Assembly: GCA_965198115.1 (NCBI GenBank)
Contig: OZ240241.1
Location: 4,960,001 to 5,024,000, forward strand
DNA from: Candidatus Latescibacterota bacterium
GTDB lineage: Bacteria > Latescibacterota > UBA2968
DNA: 64,000 nucleotides
Direction of reading: 5' to 3'
The position numbers and the translations under genes are program-made. Below the pieces are notes generated by a model. That model saw only the letters and a list, made by a program, of their open reading frames with translations. It was not told the DNA's origin and ran no database searches. Below, in pieces: positions 10,479 through 21,088 of this stretch. The stretch's first letter is position 1. Each line of letters opens with the position of its first letter.

Positions 10479-10925
10479 ATGCATTCGTACATGCGGAGCA
10501 CAATTGTGCTGGTCGTGGTCGCGCTTCTGAGCCAGACTGTAGGCTGCACCACGGCCTCAGTTAGGCGGATCGAGAGGCACAGTATCCGGGAAGATCCTGG
10601 ATGGCGGGGCACGCTCGGACTAACGCTGGAAACGGAGAGTGACTATCCCGCTGCTTGGAAAGAGAAGAGGCTGCCGTGCACGTTCACCAGGATTGTGGTC
10701 AAGGGAGATGATTACCCGACGCCAGGTGGCGCCTGGATCGGCCTGAGCAGTGTCTACGTGAAGCACGAGGATCTTGGTGAAAGGAAGTGGTGGCCGTCTT
10801 CTCGGGAGCCCGAAGTGATTGCGAGGAGGTGTCTCTACAGTAGTATCATGACCTCGCTGGTGGGTGGGGCTGAGTATCCGTTCGCGGCCAGTCTTCTCCG
10901 GATGTTCGACCCTGCGACCGTTTAA
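10479..10925 (+). CDS. Hypothetical lipoprotein-like protein
   Basis: Hydrophobic leader ending in TVGC; GGAGG RBS; start approximate. Confidence 0.4.
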   Translation: MHSYMRSTIVLVVVALLSQTVGCTTASVRRIERHSIREDPGWRGTLGLTLETESDYPAAWKEKRLPCTFTRIVVKGDDYPTPGGAWIGLSSVYVKHEDLGERKWWPSSREPEVIARRCLYSSIMTSLVGGAEYPFAASLLRMFDPATV

Positions 10926-11096
10926 TACTGATTGGCGAGTTTGTTTCCAAGGGTGCGGGTGCACATCTTACAGATTACGGCTGGGTCTGTGTACCGTCAT
11001 CACCACCGCGTGATGTTCAAAACAATGATGTAAGTCACGCGCAAAGCGAGGCAGTAGCACGAATCGATCGACCCGAAGTTTATCCGAAGACTGTGT

Positions 11097-11612
11097 TTGA
11101 TGGCTGTCGATTTGAAAGAACAGAAAACACCGATCATCATTGATACCGAGGCGTCAGGGTTCGCGTCGATGGGCTATCCGATCGAGATCGGCGTGGCGCT
11201 GGCCGATGGGTCGACGTTCTGCACTCTGATCAGCCCTCCAGCGCACTGGATCTATTGGGACGATGAAGCGGAGAAGGCCCACCGAATCGCGAGGGACATC
11301 TTGGAAACCTACGGGCAACCGATCGAGGAGGTCGCGACGGCTCTGAATAATCTGCTGGAAGGGAAAGTGGCCTACAGCGACGGGTGGGAGGTGGACAAAC
11401 CCTGGCTATCTGCTTTGTTCTGGGAGGCGGGAGTGACGCAGCAATTCCGGTTCAGCACGCTCGAGATGATTCTTTCAAGTCGACAGATGGAGCTCTGGCA
11501 CGAGACCAAGGCGCGTGTGGTGATCGAGATGGACGCCAAGCGGCATCGAGCGAGCAAGGATGCGCAGGTGATCCAGCAGACGTATCTGGAATCGAGGCGA
11601 GCGGGCACATAA
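11097..11612 (+). CDS. DEDDh-type 3'-5' exonuclease family protein
   Basis: IDTEASG (ExoI), SDG..VD, HRASKDA (ExoIII). Confidence 0.8.
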   Translation: MMAVDLKEQKTPIIIDTEASGFASMGYPIEIGVALADGSTFCTLISPPAHWIYWDDEAEKAHRIARDILETYGQPIEEVATALNNLLEGKVAYSDGWEVDKPWLSALFWEAGVTQQFRFSTLEMILSSRQMELWHETKARVVIEMDAKRHRASKDAQVIQQTYLESRRAGT

Positions 11613-11633
11613 TACACATCGTCACCAATAAGA

Positions 11634-11664
11634 GAGCCCCGATCGCTGTCGCGGCGGGGCTTTT
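11634..11664. terminator. Intrinsic terminator between convergent genes
   Basis: AGAGCCCCG...CGGGGCTTTT. Confidence 0.7.
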
Positions 11665-11699
11665 GTCATTTGTCACTGGTCACCGGTCAATGAAGCGGT

Positions 11700-12200
11700 T
11701 CAGTCCTCCTCCGGCATCGCCACCTCCCCACCGCCCTGATCGGCAATGACACCACGCAAGTAGTTCAGCTCCTGATTGGCATCGCGGATGCGCTGAGCGA
11801 GCGTAGCGATGACGTTTCGGGAGATGTTGACTTCGACCTCATTGTTTTGTCGCATCACACCCTGAAGCTTGTACTTGCCAAGGACGAAGAGACTGGCCGC
11901 CTCAGTCGCGACGACGGTCGCGGAGCGTGGCTCCTCCGTGAAGATGCCCATTTCGCCGACGGGCGCGATCGGATCGATCTTCGCGATTTGAGTTCCGTCT
12001 TCTGTTCGAATCGACAGGGCGCCCGAGAGCAGGATGTACATCTGCTCGCTCCGATCCCCGTACCGACAGAGGACCGTCCCGGCATCGATCGATTTCCGAT
12101 CACAAACTTTGAGGACGGATATCGCCTGAGTCGGATTGAGGCCCTTGAAAAGGGGTATCCTCTGGACCGCGGCGACAAATTGCGAAACATCCTGACTCAC
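11700..12200 (-). CDS. Cyclic nucleotide-binding domain protein
   Basis: IPLFKGL, MYILLSG, VGEMG, PRSATVVA. Confidence 0.85.
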   Translation of the reverse strand: MSQDVSQFVAAVQRIPLFKGLNPTQAISVLKVCDRKSIDAGTVLCRYGDRSEQMYILLSGALSIRTEDGTQIAKIDPIAPVGEMGIFTEEPRSATVVATEAASLFVLGKYKLQGVMRQNNEVEVNISRNVIATLAQRIRDANQELNYLRGVIADQGGGEVAMPEED

Positions 12201-12295
12201 AGACCCCTCTATTGAGATGACTTAAGCCACTGTTTCTTTGTGGCTTTTTGTGCGATTGCTTATCTTCGCGACCGGTTCGAAAGAGAAAAAGCATA

Positions 12296-12445
12296 CAACG
12301 CAGGGGACGCAGAGGTTTTCGGCGGGAGAAGTCCGAGGAAGACATCTTGGCTGGGTGGAACATCCGCGTTCGACGTTCTTCCCGGTTCGTCTCTGCTGCC
12401 GTCCAAATATAGGTCTTCTCTGCGGTCTCCGCGTTTTCTGCGTTG
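12296..12445. repeat. Palindromic intergenic element with 9-bp periodic arms
   Basis: CAACGCAGGGGACGCAGAGG ... CTCTGCGGTCTCCGCGTTTTCTGCGTTG; the inner part is partly self-complementary. Confidence 0.6.
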
Positions 12446-12473
12446 AAAGGTTTTGGTTCCTGGGGGTTGTAAG

Positions 12474-13742
12474 ATGCAACTGATTCCGTTCCTGGATGAG
12501 ACTCTGGTCAAAGAGATTCAGGTCACGTACGGGACACCTGTCTATGTATACGACCAAAAGACGCTGGAGACACAGGCCGATCAAGTGATGGCGTTTCCGA
12601 ACGCGTTCGGGTTGACGGCGCGCTATGCGATGAAGGCGCTTCCGTCCGCTGCCGTAATTCGCATCCTGTCCGACCGGGGTCTCCACATCGACGCGAGCAG
12701 CGGTTACGAGGCCGAACGGGCCCTCCGGGCGGGCGTTCCGGGTCCACATATCCTGATCACGGCACAGGAGTTTCCGCACAATGCGACGTCGCTGTTCGAC
12801 CAGGGCGTGCTGTTCAACGCGTGTTCGATCGCGCAGATCGATGCGTACGGGAAGGTCGCGCCGAACACGGAGCTTTCGATTCGCGTGAACCCGGGACTGG
12901 GATCGGGTCATTCCAATCGAACGAATGTCGGAGGGCCGGGCGCGAGCTTCGGGATCTGGCACGCCTACCTGGATAAGGCGCTCGAAGTGGCGAACCGCTA
13001 TGGCTTGGCCGTCCGCCGGATGCACACGCATATCGGCTCTGGAACCGATCCGGAGGTGTGGGAACGCGTGGCGCTGATGTCGCTCGAGATCTGTTCGCGT
13101 TTGCCCGATGCGACGGTGTTGAGTCTGGGGGGCGGCTACAAGGTGGCACGGGTAAAGGGGGAAGTGACGACGGACCTGCAAAAGATCGGTCTACACATCG
13201 TGGAAGCCTTTCGCACGTCGGCTGCGAAGACGGGCAAAGAACTGCAGCTGGAGGTCGAACCCGGCACGTATCTGGTCGCGAACGCGGGTGCGGTCGTCTG
13301 CACGGCGATCGATGTTGTCGACACGGGCGACGAGGGCTATCGCTTCATCAAGATCGACGGCGGGATGACGGAGATCGTGCGACCGAGTATGTATGGATCA
13401 CAACATCCGATCGAGGTCGTGCCGGGCGATGACGAACCGCGCCGGATGATCGAATACATCGTGGCGGGCCATTGCTGTGAGAGTGGAGATGTCCTGACGC
13501 CGGCGCCGGACGATCCGGAAGCGCTGGCCCCGCGTCTCCTGACAGAGACCCATATTGGTGACGCGGTCGTGATTGGAGGAGCCGGTGCGTATTGCTCCGG
13601 GCAGTCGACGAAGAACTACAATTCGTTTCCGGAAGCAGCCGAGGTGATGATCGCGCGCGACCGAACGCACGAGCTCGTCCGCGAAAGACAGACGATCGAT
13701 CAGATCCTTCAGAACGAGCGAATGCCGAGCTTTCTGAAGTGA
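12474..13742 (+). CDS. lysA: Diaminopimelate decarboxylase
   Basis: YGTPVYVYD, YAMKA (PLP Lys), HTHIGSG, LGGG, EPG, CCESGD, GAY. Confidence 0.9.
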   Translation: MQLIPFLDETLVKEIQVTYGTPVYVYDQKTLETQADQVMAFPNAFGLTARYAMKALPSAAVIRILSDRGLHIDASSGYEAERALRAGVPGPHILITAQEFPHNATSLFDQGVLFNACSIAQIDAYGKVAPNTELSIRVNPGLGSGHSNRTNVGGPGASFGIWHAYLDKALEVANRYGLAVRRMHTHIGSGTDPEVWERVALMSLEICSRLPDATVLSLGGGYKVARVKGEVTTDLQKIGLHIVEAFRTSAAKTGKELQLEVEPGTYLVANAGAVVCTAIDVVDTGDEGYRFIKIDGGMTEIVRPSMYGSQHPIEVVPGDDEPRRMIEYIVAGHCCESGDVLTPAPDDPEALAPRLLTETHIGDAVVIGGAGAYCSGQSTKNYNSFPEAAEVMIARDRTHELVRERQTIDQILQNERMPSFLK

Positions 13743-13807
13743 GAAGGGAGCAGGCAGAAGGGAGAAGGGCCTTTGAGAGACGCGCGGGCGCAGAGCGCAT
13801 AGTGCCA

Positions 13808-13936
13808 CCTCCTGCCTCCTGCCTCCTGCCTCCTGCCTCCTGCCTCCTGCCTCCTGCCTCCTGCCTCCTGCCTCCTGCCTCCTGCCTCCTGCCTCCTGCC
13901 TCCTGCCTCCTGCCTCCTGCCTCCTGCCTCCTGCCT
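13808..13936. repeat. Perfect heptamer tandem repeat (CCTCCTG) x ~18
   Basis: Read directly; ends 1 nt before ATG 13938. Confidence 0.97.
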
Positions 13937-13937
13937 G

Positions 13938-15041
13938 ATGTACGATGTCGTCATCATCGGCGCAGGCATCAACGGATGCGGCATCGCGCTCGAGTTGTGC
14001 AGACGGGGCCATCGCGTTGCGATCGTCGATAAGGGGACGGTGGGTGGGGGGACGTCCTCCAGGTCTTCACGTCTGATTCACGGTGGGTTGCGATACCTCG
14101 AACAGTTTCGTTTTCGGCTCGTTCGGGAGGCCTTGCAGGATCGAGCCGAGCTCCTCCGTACGTATCCGAATCTGGTTCGTCTCGAACCGTTCTACTTTCC
14201 CGTCTACGAAGACAGCCCTCGTTCGACCTGGATGATCGGGGCCGGTGTTCGCCTCTACGATTGGCTCGGGGGGCAGCCCTTCGGGCAGCGGTCACGCGTC
14301 ACGCCTCGTGAATTTGCAGCCACCTTCCCAGCTATTCGCACGGATCGACTGACAGCCGTCTTCCGGTACTTCGACGGAAAGACGGACGATCTCGGTCTGA
14401 CTTGCCGCGTCGCTGAGGATGCCCGAGAGTTGGGGTGCGAGATTCGGGAAGAGACCCGCATCGACTCGATCGAATGGGGTCGGACTTCGGTGACTCTACG
14501 AACGTCGATGGGTGAGTTCGAAGCACCGGTGGTCGTCAATGCGACCGGTCCCTGGATCGACGAGGTGAATGCGGCCCACGATCTGCCGGCACGATGTGGC
14601 ATTCGGAAAGTGAGTGGTATCCACCTGTTCTTCGACGGTCTGCTCACGCCCCATCCGCTGTTCCTGCAGACGGCGACACGACGCATATTCTTCGTCATAC
14701 CCGAGCGTGATAACGGACAGACGATGATCGGAACGACGGAGCGCGAAGAGTCTGTGCCGTCGGATGATGTGACGGTCACCGATGCCGATGTGGACACCCT
14801 CATTGACGCGGTGAACTCCTATTTGCGTCCCCGGTCTGCGTTGAAACCGTCCCGCGTGAAGGACGTGACGATCGGGATTCGGGCGTTGGTTTCGAGTCGT
14901 GAGGATCCGACCGATCTTTCTAGAGAGTATGAATTGGACTTGCACGAGTGAGATGGTGCGCGTTTGCTCCACGTGTTCGGGGGAAAGTTGACGACGTATC
15001 TGTCGCTTTCGCGGAAAGCGGCGAAGTTGCTAAGGTTGTAG
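13938..15041 (+). pseudogene. glpD: FAD-dependent glycerol-3-phosphate dehydrogenase-like oxidoreductase with in-frame TGA at 14949
   Basis: IGAGING, GTSSRSSRLIHGGLRYLE, NATGPW, IGTT; the frame continues after the TGA as DGARLLHVFGGKLTTY...*. Confidence 0.75.
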
Positions 15042-15156
15042 AGCCAAGAAGAGCAGCCACTGAGGTCACTGAGAGCACTAGAAGAAGGTTCGATGAGGCA
15101 CGTTCCAGGCTCACTCGGCGTATGATCGGACTCAGGGAAAAACACGGGAGGGATGA

Positions 15157-16572
15157 ATGGCTTTGTTCGAGCCGCTCGTAGAGTTTCAACAGCGGGAGAT
15201 GCCGGAACGACAGCTCGGGTTCTGGCAGATGGCGGGACCTGGCGCCATCCTGGTCGGACTGTCGATCGGGGCTGGCGAGATCATCATCTGGCCTCGCCTC
15301 GTTGCCGAGTTCGGTGCGGATATGGTGTGGGCGGCTGTGCTCGGGGTTTTCCTGCAGATGTGGATCAATTTCGAGGTGGGACGCTGGACGATTGCGACAG
15401 GAGAGACGGTCTTTACGGGATTCGCTCGAGTCTGGCGGGGATTCGCGCCGATTTTCATTCTGTTGACGATCTTCTCGTGGATCGCGCCGGGATGGGGGCG
15501 CGCGAGTGGGTTGGCGTTGAAGGCGCTCCTGTTGGGTCCGGATGGATTCGGGTCGGACACGTTCTGGACGATCATCTCGTTCGTCGGATGCGCGCTGCTG
15601 CTGTTCGGACCCAAGCTGATTTACAATTCGGTCGAGAAGTCGGTCGAGCTGCTCGTGCTGATTGTGACCGTTGGTCTGATCGTCGTGGCGTTCGCGGTCG
15701 GAACGGCGGATACGTGGAGCGAGCTGTTCAGGGGTGTGGCGAACGTGGGGTATCGTGACCCTGGCGTAACCGTGAAACAGCTGTTCATCGCGATTGTGTT
15801 CGCCGGGGCGGGTGGCACGGCCAACCTCTTTTACACGTTCTACCTTCGCGACAAGCACATTGGAATGGGCGCACACGTGCCGACGATGCAGAACCCTTTG
15901 AGAGCAAGGGCAGAGGCGATTCCGTCGACGGGATTCCGCTACGAGGAAACGGAAGAGAACGCCGCTCGGTTTCAGGCGTGGTGGGATTATATCAAGAAGG
16001 ACCAGATGCTGTTCTTCTGGGTGCTGAATACGGTGACGATTATGCTGTTCATTTTCGGCGCGCTGGCCGTGCTGCACCCACAGGGGATCGTGCCGGAGCG
16101 CGGAACCCTGATCTGGGACGAGGCGCAGATCCTGGGCGAGGTGTGGGGACCGACGGGGCGGTCGATCTTCCTTCTGGTTGGCCTCGCGACGTTATTCGGC
16201 ACGCAGCTCGCCCTGATCGACGGGGTCTCCCGTTCGATCGCTGACATCCTCTACACGAATTTCAGCGCCGCGCGAGGACGGTCGACGAGTTGGTGGTACG
16301 TGCTGATCGCCGCCTCGTGGATGGTCATTGGTTGCGTGATTACGTACGTGATGGAAAACGCAGGTGTCAGCGAGTTGGGTTTCCTGTTCAACGCAGCCTA
16401 CATCGGCGGATTCGCGATGGCGATTTACGTTCCGCTCCTGCTGTTCTGTAACCACCGATATTTGCCAAAGTCGGCCAAGCCCGGTCCCATCTGCACGGTG
16501 GTTATGGCCGTGGCGTCGTTCGTCTACATCGCGTTCGCCGTTGCGTGTGTGTTGTGGGAGTTGGGATTGTAA
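15157..16572 (+). CDS. Nramp-like (APC superfamily) membrane transporter
   Basis: GPGAIL...IGAGE, EVGRWTIATGE; about 11 TM segments. Confidence 0.75.
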   Translation: MALFEPLVEFQQREMPERQLGFWQMAGPGAILVGLSIGAGEIIIWPRLVAEFGADMVWAAVLGVFLQMWINFEVGRWTIATGETVFTGFARVWRGFAPIFILLTIFSWIAPGWGRASGLALKALLLGPDGFGSDTFWTIISFVGCALLLFGPKLIYNSVEKSVELLVLIVTVGLIVVAFAVGTADTWSELFRGVANVGYRDPGVTVKQLFIAIVFAGAGGTANLFYTFYLRDKHIGMGAHVPTMQNPLRARAEAIPSTGFRYEETEENAARFQAWWDYIKKDQMLFFWVLNTVTIMLFIFGALAVLHPQGIVPERGTLIWDEAQILGEVWGPTGRSIFLLVGLATLFGTQLALIDGVSRSIADILYTNFSAARGRSTSWWYVLIAASWMVIGCVITYVMENAGVSELGFLFNAAYIGGFAMAIYVPLLLFCNHRYLPKSAKPGPICTVVMAVASFVYIAFAVACVLWELGL

Positions 16573-16716
16573 AGGCAAAGGCAGCCACGGAGAACACGGA
16601 GGGTTGAGGGTGGGCCGAGGCGATGCAGGCCCTATCGGGAACGAGATCGTGGTAGATCGTTGCGGTGGGATGGAACAAGAAGGCGCGAAGTACCCCCTAT
16701 GACGAAGGCAACAAAA

Positions 16717-16748
16717 GCGTAGGGACGGTTCGTGAACTGTCCCTACGC
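16717..16748. repeat. GTAG-type REP palindrome
   Basis: GCGTAGGGACGGTTCGTGAACTGTCCCTACGC; near-identical to 50669-50696. Confidence 0.8.
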
Positions 16749-16774
16749 CCAATGCGGAACACGTTCGTCGCACG

Positions 16775-18253
16775 TCACGTCAATGACAACACGCCGCCTC
16801 CCCCAGTCTGCGGCGGTACGGGCCAGTGACTTCCGCGCTGGCCGGTGAGGCCCCGGTTTGGGCCGGGCTCGTATGTTCTATCGGGCAATCCAATGTATTG
16901 TCCGTCCTTCACCCACGCTTCATCTCCCCCGTAGAATTGCTTCGCCAACTTGTCCCTCAGGTCGGTTTCCACGGCTGAATAGGCGGGCTGACCGATCAGG
17001 TCTTCCATTTCGTCCGGATCCTTTTCGAGATCGAACAGATGTGCGCGGTTGCCGACGGGGTAGTAGATGAGTTTGTGACGTCCGTCGTGCATCATCCGGG
17101 TGGCGTTCGCGCCGTTGCCGACCTCTCCGTAGAGATAGGAACGCGTGCTGTCGCCGACCATCGAGATGCCTTCGACGGTGTCCGGGATGTCGACGCCGGC
17201 GAGGTCAGGAGTGTCGGCATCACGTCCTGCCAGCCGACGAGACGATCGTCGACTCGATGATGACCGACGCGATCGTCATCGGCTGCTCCGACGAGGATCA
17301 TCGGGACCTGAGCCGAGTTCTCGTAGAAGAGACGCTTTGCCCACTGGTGGTGGTTGCCGAGCATATCTCCGTGGTCGGACGTGAAGCAGACGATCGTGTT
17401 GTCGAGCAATCGCTCCTCTCGCAGCGTGCCCAGGACGATTCTCAGTTGGTGATCCGATGTGCGTGCACATCGCGTAGAACGCCCGCCGAGCGGATCGGAT
17501 CTGTTCGTCTGTGAAGGCGTCCCAGGAGTTTCTGCGCGTTTGGAGCGCGAAGGGCAGCGTATCGAGGTTCTGCGCCCAGGATCCGATGTAGGGCACGTCA
17601 GGCTCGAGGTCTCGATACATATCGACGTAGCAGGGGAGGGGTATGAGGGGCGGGTGAGGGTGGCAATAGGACAGATAGTAGAAGCCGGGTTTGGACGGAT
17701 CGCGACGTTGGATCAGTCGCGCCATCTGTTGCGTGGTCCAATTTGTGATGTGACAGTGTTCGGGCAGATGCCACGGCCGATTGAGGTAGTCGTTGTTGTT
17801 CATGCCGTGGGCGAACATCTTGCCGGCGTAACCTTGATCGCCCAGGAACAGTTCGTAGTCGTCGACGGCGTCGAACTGGGCGCGGCCCTCCTCGTGGAGC
17901 ACGACGTCGTCGAACCCGATGCGATCACGCTGGGGATAGACGTGCAGCTTACCCGACGCGAAGGCCTGGTAACCGGAGTCTCGAAACGTCTGAGCGAGCG
18001 TGGGGATGTCGGGCATCCGAAGCGTTTCGTTGAAATCGCGATCACCGTGGGTGCGTGGCGTCGTGCCCGTCATCAGCGTGCGGCGAGCGGGGATGCAGAC
18101 AGGACATTCGCTGTAGGCCCGTGGGAAGCGGCATCCGTTCCTCGCGAGCTGGTCGAGCGTCGGTGTCTGGATCGTCGGATGACCGGCGATTCCGAGGAGC
18201 GATCCGGGCCAGTGATCGGTGCAGACTAGAAGGACATTCGGGTGATCGGGCAT
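16775..18253 (-). pseudogene. Formylglycine-dependent sulfatase, two frameshifts
   Basis: PNVLLVCTD, CIPAR (CxPxR), GKLH, HPHPP, TSDHGDMLG, LFDLEKDPDE across three frames. Confidence 0.85.
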
Positions 18254-18520
18254 TGGGTAAACCTCAGGCTGAACCACCAAGGCACCAAGACTCCAAGAAC
18301 GGATAACCGGAACACGAAGGCGCGAAGAACACAATTGGATGAGAGTAGATGGAGAGCACGAATTTCGGTGGTACATCAGCTTCGAATGCGTGTACGATCA
18401 TTATCCATCTCGTGTGACTGAGGTCTTCAGGCGACCACAGATCTTGTTCCCGATAGGGCCACCAGGCATCCTGGTACCTCCCCATCCGTGTTCATCCGTG
18501 TCCATCGGTGGAACGCTCTT

Positions 18521-19381
18521 ATGCCGGAATCTCTGATCTATAAACGCACATCAGATTGCGACATCCACCTCGACGTCCATCGGCCGAACGAGCCTAACGG
18601 TCACGTCATCGTGTGGATCCACGGCGGCGCCCTGATCGGGGGATCGCGGGCAGTGCAGCCAGCCCGTCTTACCCACTATCTCGACGCGGGCTATACGGTT
18701 TTTTCGATCGACTACCGGCTCGCACCTGAGACGAAGCTCCCCGAGATCATCGAGGACGTGCGGGATGCGCTCGCGTGGGTTCGGGCAAACGGTCGGGAGG
18801 TGACGGACGTCGATCCGACGCGAATGGGCGTGGTCGGTCACTCTGCCGGCGGGTATTTGTCGCTCATGACCGGCACCTTCGACGCGCCGCCCAACGCCAT
18901 CGTCGCATTCTACGGTTATGGGGACCTCATCGGGGACTGGTACGCAAAGCCCGATGTCTTCTACCGCAACACGCAACCCCTCGTGTCCGAATCCGATGCC
19001 TTCGCGTTGGTAGCGGGCCCGCCGGTCACGAACGCCGACGAACGTGAAGGCCCGACGAAATTCTATCTCTACTGTCGGCAGCAGGGCCTCTGGCCGCTGC
19101 ACGTCGGGGGTCATAACCCGTTGACCGACGCGGCCTTCTACTGCCCCGAGCGAAACGTGGCGCCTAACTATCCTCCGACGATGATGCTCCACGGCGACAA
19201 TGACACGGATGTCCCCTACGAACAGTCCGTCCAGATGTCGGGGGCCCTGAGAGGTCGCGACATCCCGCACGAACTCATCACCATCGCCGGAGGCGGCCAC
19301 GGCTTCGAATGGGCAGAAGACGATCCCCAGGTCGTCGCGGCGTGGCATCGTGTCATCGCCTTCCTCCAGGAACACGTGTGA
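18521..19381 (+). CDS. Alpha/beta hydrolase (HSL/BD-FAE-like esterase)
   Basis: HGGA, DYRLAPE, GHSAGG, HGDND, GHGF. Confidence 0.9.
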   Translation: MPESLIYKRTSDCDIHLDVHRPNEPNGHVIVWIHGGALIGGSRAVQPARLTHYLDAGYTVFSIDYRLAPETKLPEIIEDVRDALAWVRANGREVTDVDPTRMGVVGHSAGGYLSLMTGTFDAPPNAIVAFYGYGDLIGDWYAKPDVFYRNTQPLVSESDAFALVAGPPVTNADEREGPTKFYLYCRQQGLWPLHVGGHNPLTDAAFYCPERNVAPNYPPTMMLHGDNDTDVPYEQSVQMSGALRGRDIPHELITIAGGGHGFEWAEDDPQVVAAWHRVIAFLQEHV

Positions 19382-20451
19382 ACCGAAAGCATCTCAAAAT
19401 CTTTTCCGACGTGCTGTCGCTCCCGACGGCGCCCTTGCACGAACACCGAGTCGCAGCCTATGTCCGCGACTTTGCCAGGCGCCTGGGTCTTCCGATCAAG
19501 GAAGATCGATTCGGTAACCTCGTCATTCGGTATCAACGAAGGAAAACAAGCCCGGTCGCACTGACCGCGCACACGGATCATCCCGGCTTCACAGTCACGG
19601 GCGGCGATGGAAGAGAACTCGAAGCAGAGTGGCTCGGCGGCCACGACCCTGACCACTTCCCCGGCGGTCGTGTCATCGTCCAGACAAACGATGGACCGGT
19701 CCAGGGACGCGCGTCATCCCCTGTCGGGAAGGATCGTGGGTTCGAGATCACCGCCAGGCGGAAGATCGCTGATGTAGAAGGTGCCTACGGCTACTGGAAC
19801 CTCACCCCATTCGAGGTGGACCGCGACCGCATCACAACGAAGGCGGCCGACAACCTCGCAGGCTGCGCCGCAATCCTGGCCGCGATAGACGAGCTCGTAA
19901 CAGAAAAGGCAAAAGCCGATCTGTGGGCTGTTTTCACGCGGGCGGAGGAAATCGGGCTCGTCGGCGCGGGCGGATTAGTCGAGGCTCGAACGCTGCCCAA
20001 ACGCGTGCCCCTGATCGTCCTCGAAGCCAGCAGAGCCCTACCGGGAGCCGTCATCGGCAGCGGACCCGTCATTCGGGTGGGCGACCGTCTCAGCGTATTC
20101 GATCCCACGATTGAGCACTCGCTCCACGACTTGGCGCAGGACATCTCGCATAGAGACCGACGCTTTGCCTATCAGCGCCAGCTCATGTCGGGCGGCGTCT
20201 GCGAAGCCAGCGTCTATGTGCTCCACGGTTACCGCGTCGGTGCTCTCGCATTCCCCCTCGGAAATTACCACAACCAGGGGAAGCGATGGCCCGCACCCGA
20301 ATACATCTCCCGTAACGACGCCCGCAACATGATCCGTTTCTGCCATGAAATCGCGCTCCACCCACCCCACGGCGACGCCTGGGATCCTATGCGAAAACGC
20401 TGGGCCTCCCGATACGCTGTTTTCCGAGACCGCCTCATCGCCACCCGTTGA
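19378..20451 (+). CDS. M20/M42-like metallopeptidase
   Basis: AHTDH, ADNLAG, RAEEIG, YHN. Confidence 0.75.
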   Translation: MNRKHLKIFSDVLSLPTAPLHEHRVAAYVRDFARRLGLPIKEDRFGNLVIRYQRRKTSPVALTAHTDHPGFTVTGGDGRELEAEWLGGHDPDHFPGGRVIVQTNDGPVQGRASSPVGKDRGFEITARRKIADVEGAYGYWNLTPFEVDRDRITTKAADNLAGCAAILAAIDELVTEKAKADLWAVFTRAEEIGLVGAGGLVEARTLPKRVPLIVLEASRALPGAVIGSGPVIRVGDRLSVFDPTIEHSLHDLAQDISHRDRRFAYQRQLMSGGVCEASVYVLHGYRVGALAFPLGNYHNQGKRWPAPEYISRNDARNMIRFCHEIALHPPHGDAWDPMRKRWASRYAVFRDRLIATR

Positions 20452-20634
20452 GTTCAAAAAGCCATCGCAAATGGCACACATTGAAAACGGAATCCCGGCA
20501 ACGTTCTATCCGGTTCACTTGCAGTTTCAAGTCGCGACCTACGTCGATCTACCTTCCCGGTAGGGCAACAGTCGTGGGGTACTTCCTATCAGTGTCCATC
20601 AGTGTCCATCTGTGGTTCCAAAAGGAGTCTTTCA

Positions 20635-20952
20635 ATGATCCACGAACTCAGAACCTACCGCGTGCCCGACGGCCGCATGCCTGACATCCTCGGTCGTTTC
20701 GAAAACATCACATTCGGCCTGTTCGATCGACACGGCATCAAGGTCGTCGGCTTCTGGACCAAGCGGGATGCCAACGAACTCGTCTACATCTGCGAGTACG
20801 CCGACGAATCTCAGATGAACGCACAGTGGGAGGCATTTCGCGCGGATCCCGATTGGGTCGCGGCGAGAGAGAAAACCGAAGCCAACGGACCCATCGTCGA
20901 GGAAGTCATCTCCGAAATTTTGGAGCCGACCTCATTCTCACCACTGAGGTAA
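20635..20952 (+). CDS. NIPSNAP family protein
   Basis: IHELRTY, GFW, W.AFRADPDW, PTSFSPL. Confidence 0.85.
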   Translation: MIHELRTYRVPDGRMPDILGRFENITFGLFDRHGIKVVGFWTKRDANELVYICEYADESQMNAQWEAFRADPDWVAAREKTEANGPIVEEVISEILEPTSFSPLR

Positions 20953-21088
20953 GGCTGTGGGAATCTGCCCTCCGTCTTCCGTCATCTGACGAGGCGAAGC
21001 CGCCCGACGAGGCCGCGTAGCGGCGCAGTTGAGTCTCTACTCTTGTCACCTGTCAATGGTCACTGGTCATTCTCCACTGGAATCCCGA

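Noticed and set aside
13808-13936. CRISPR array or coding repeat (RRQEAGG / PPASCLL ORFs)
   Set aside because: Pure 7-bp tandem with no spacers; the ORFs are artefacts of a stop-free repeat
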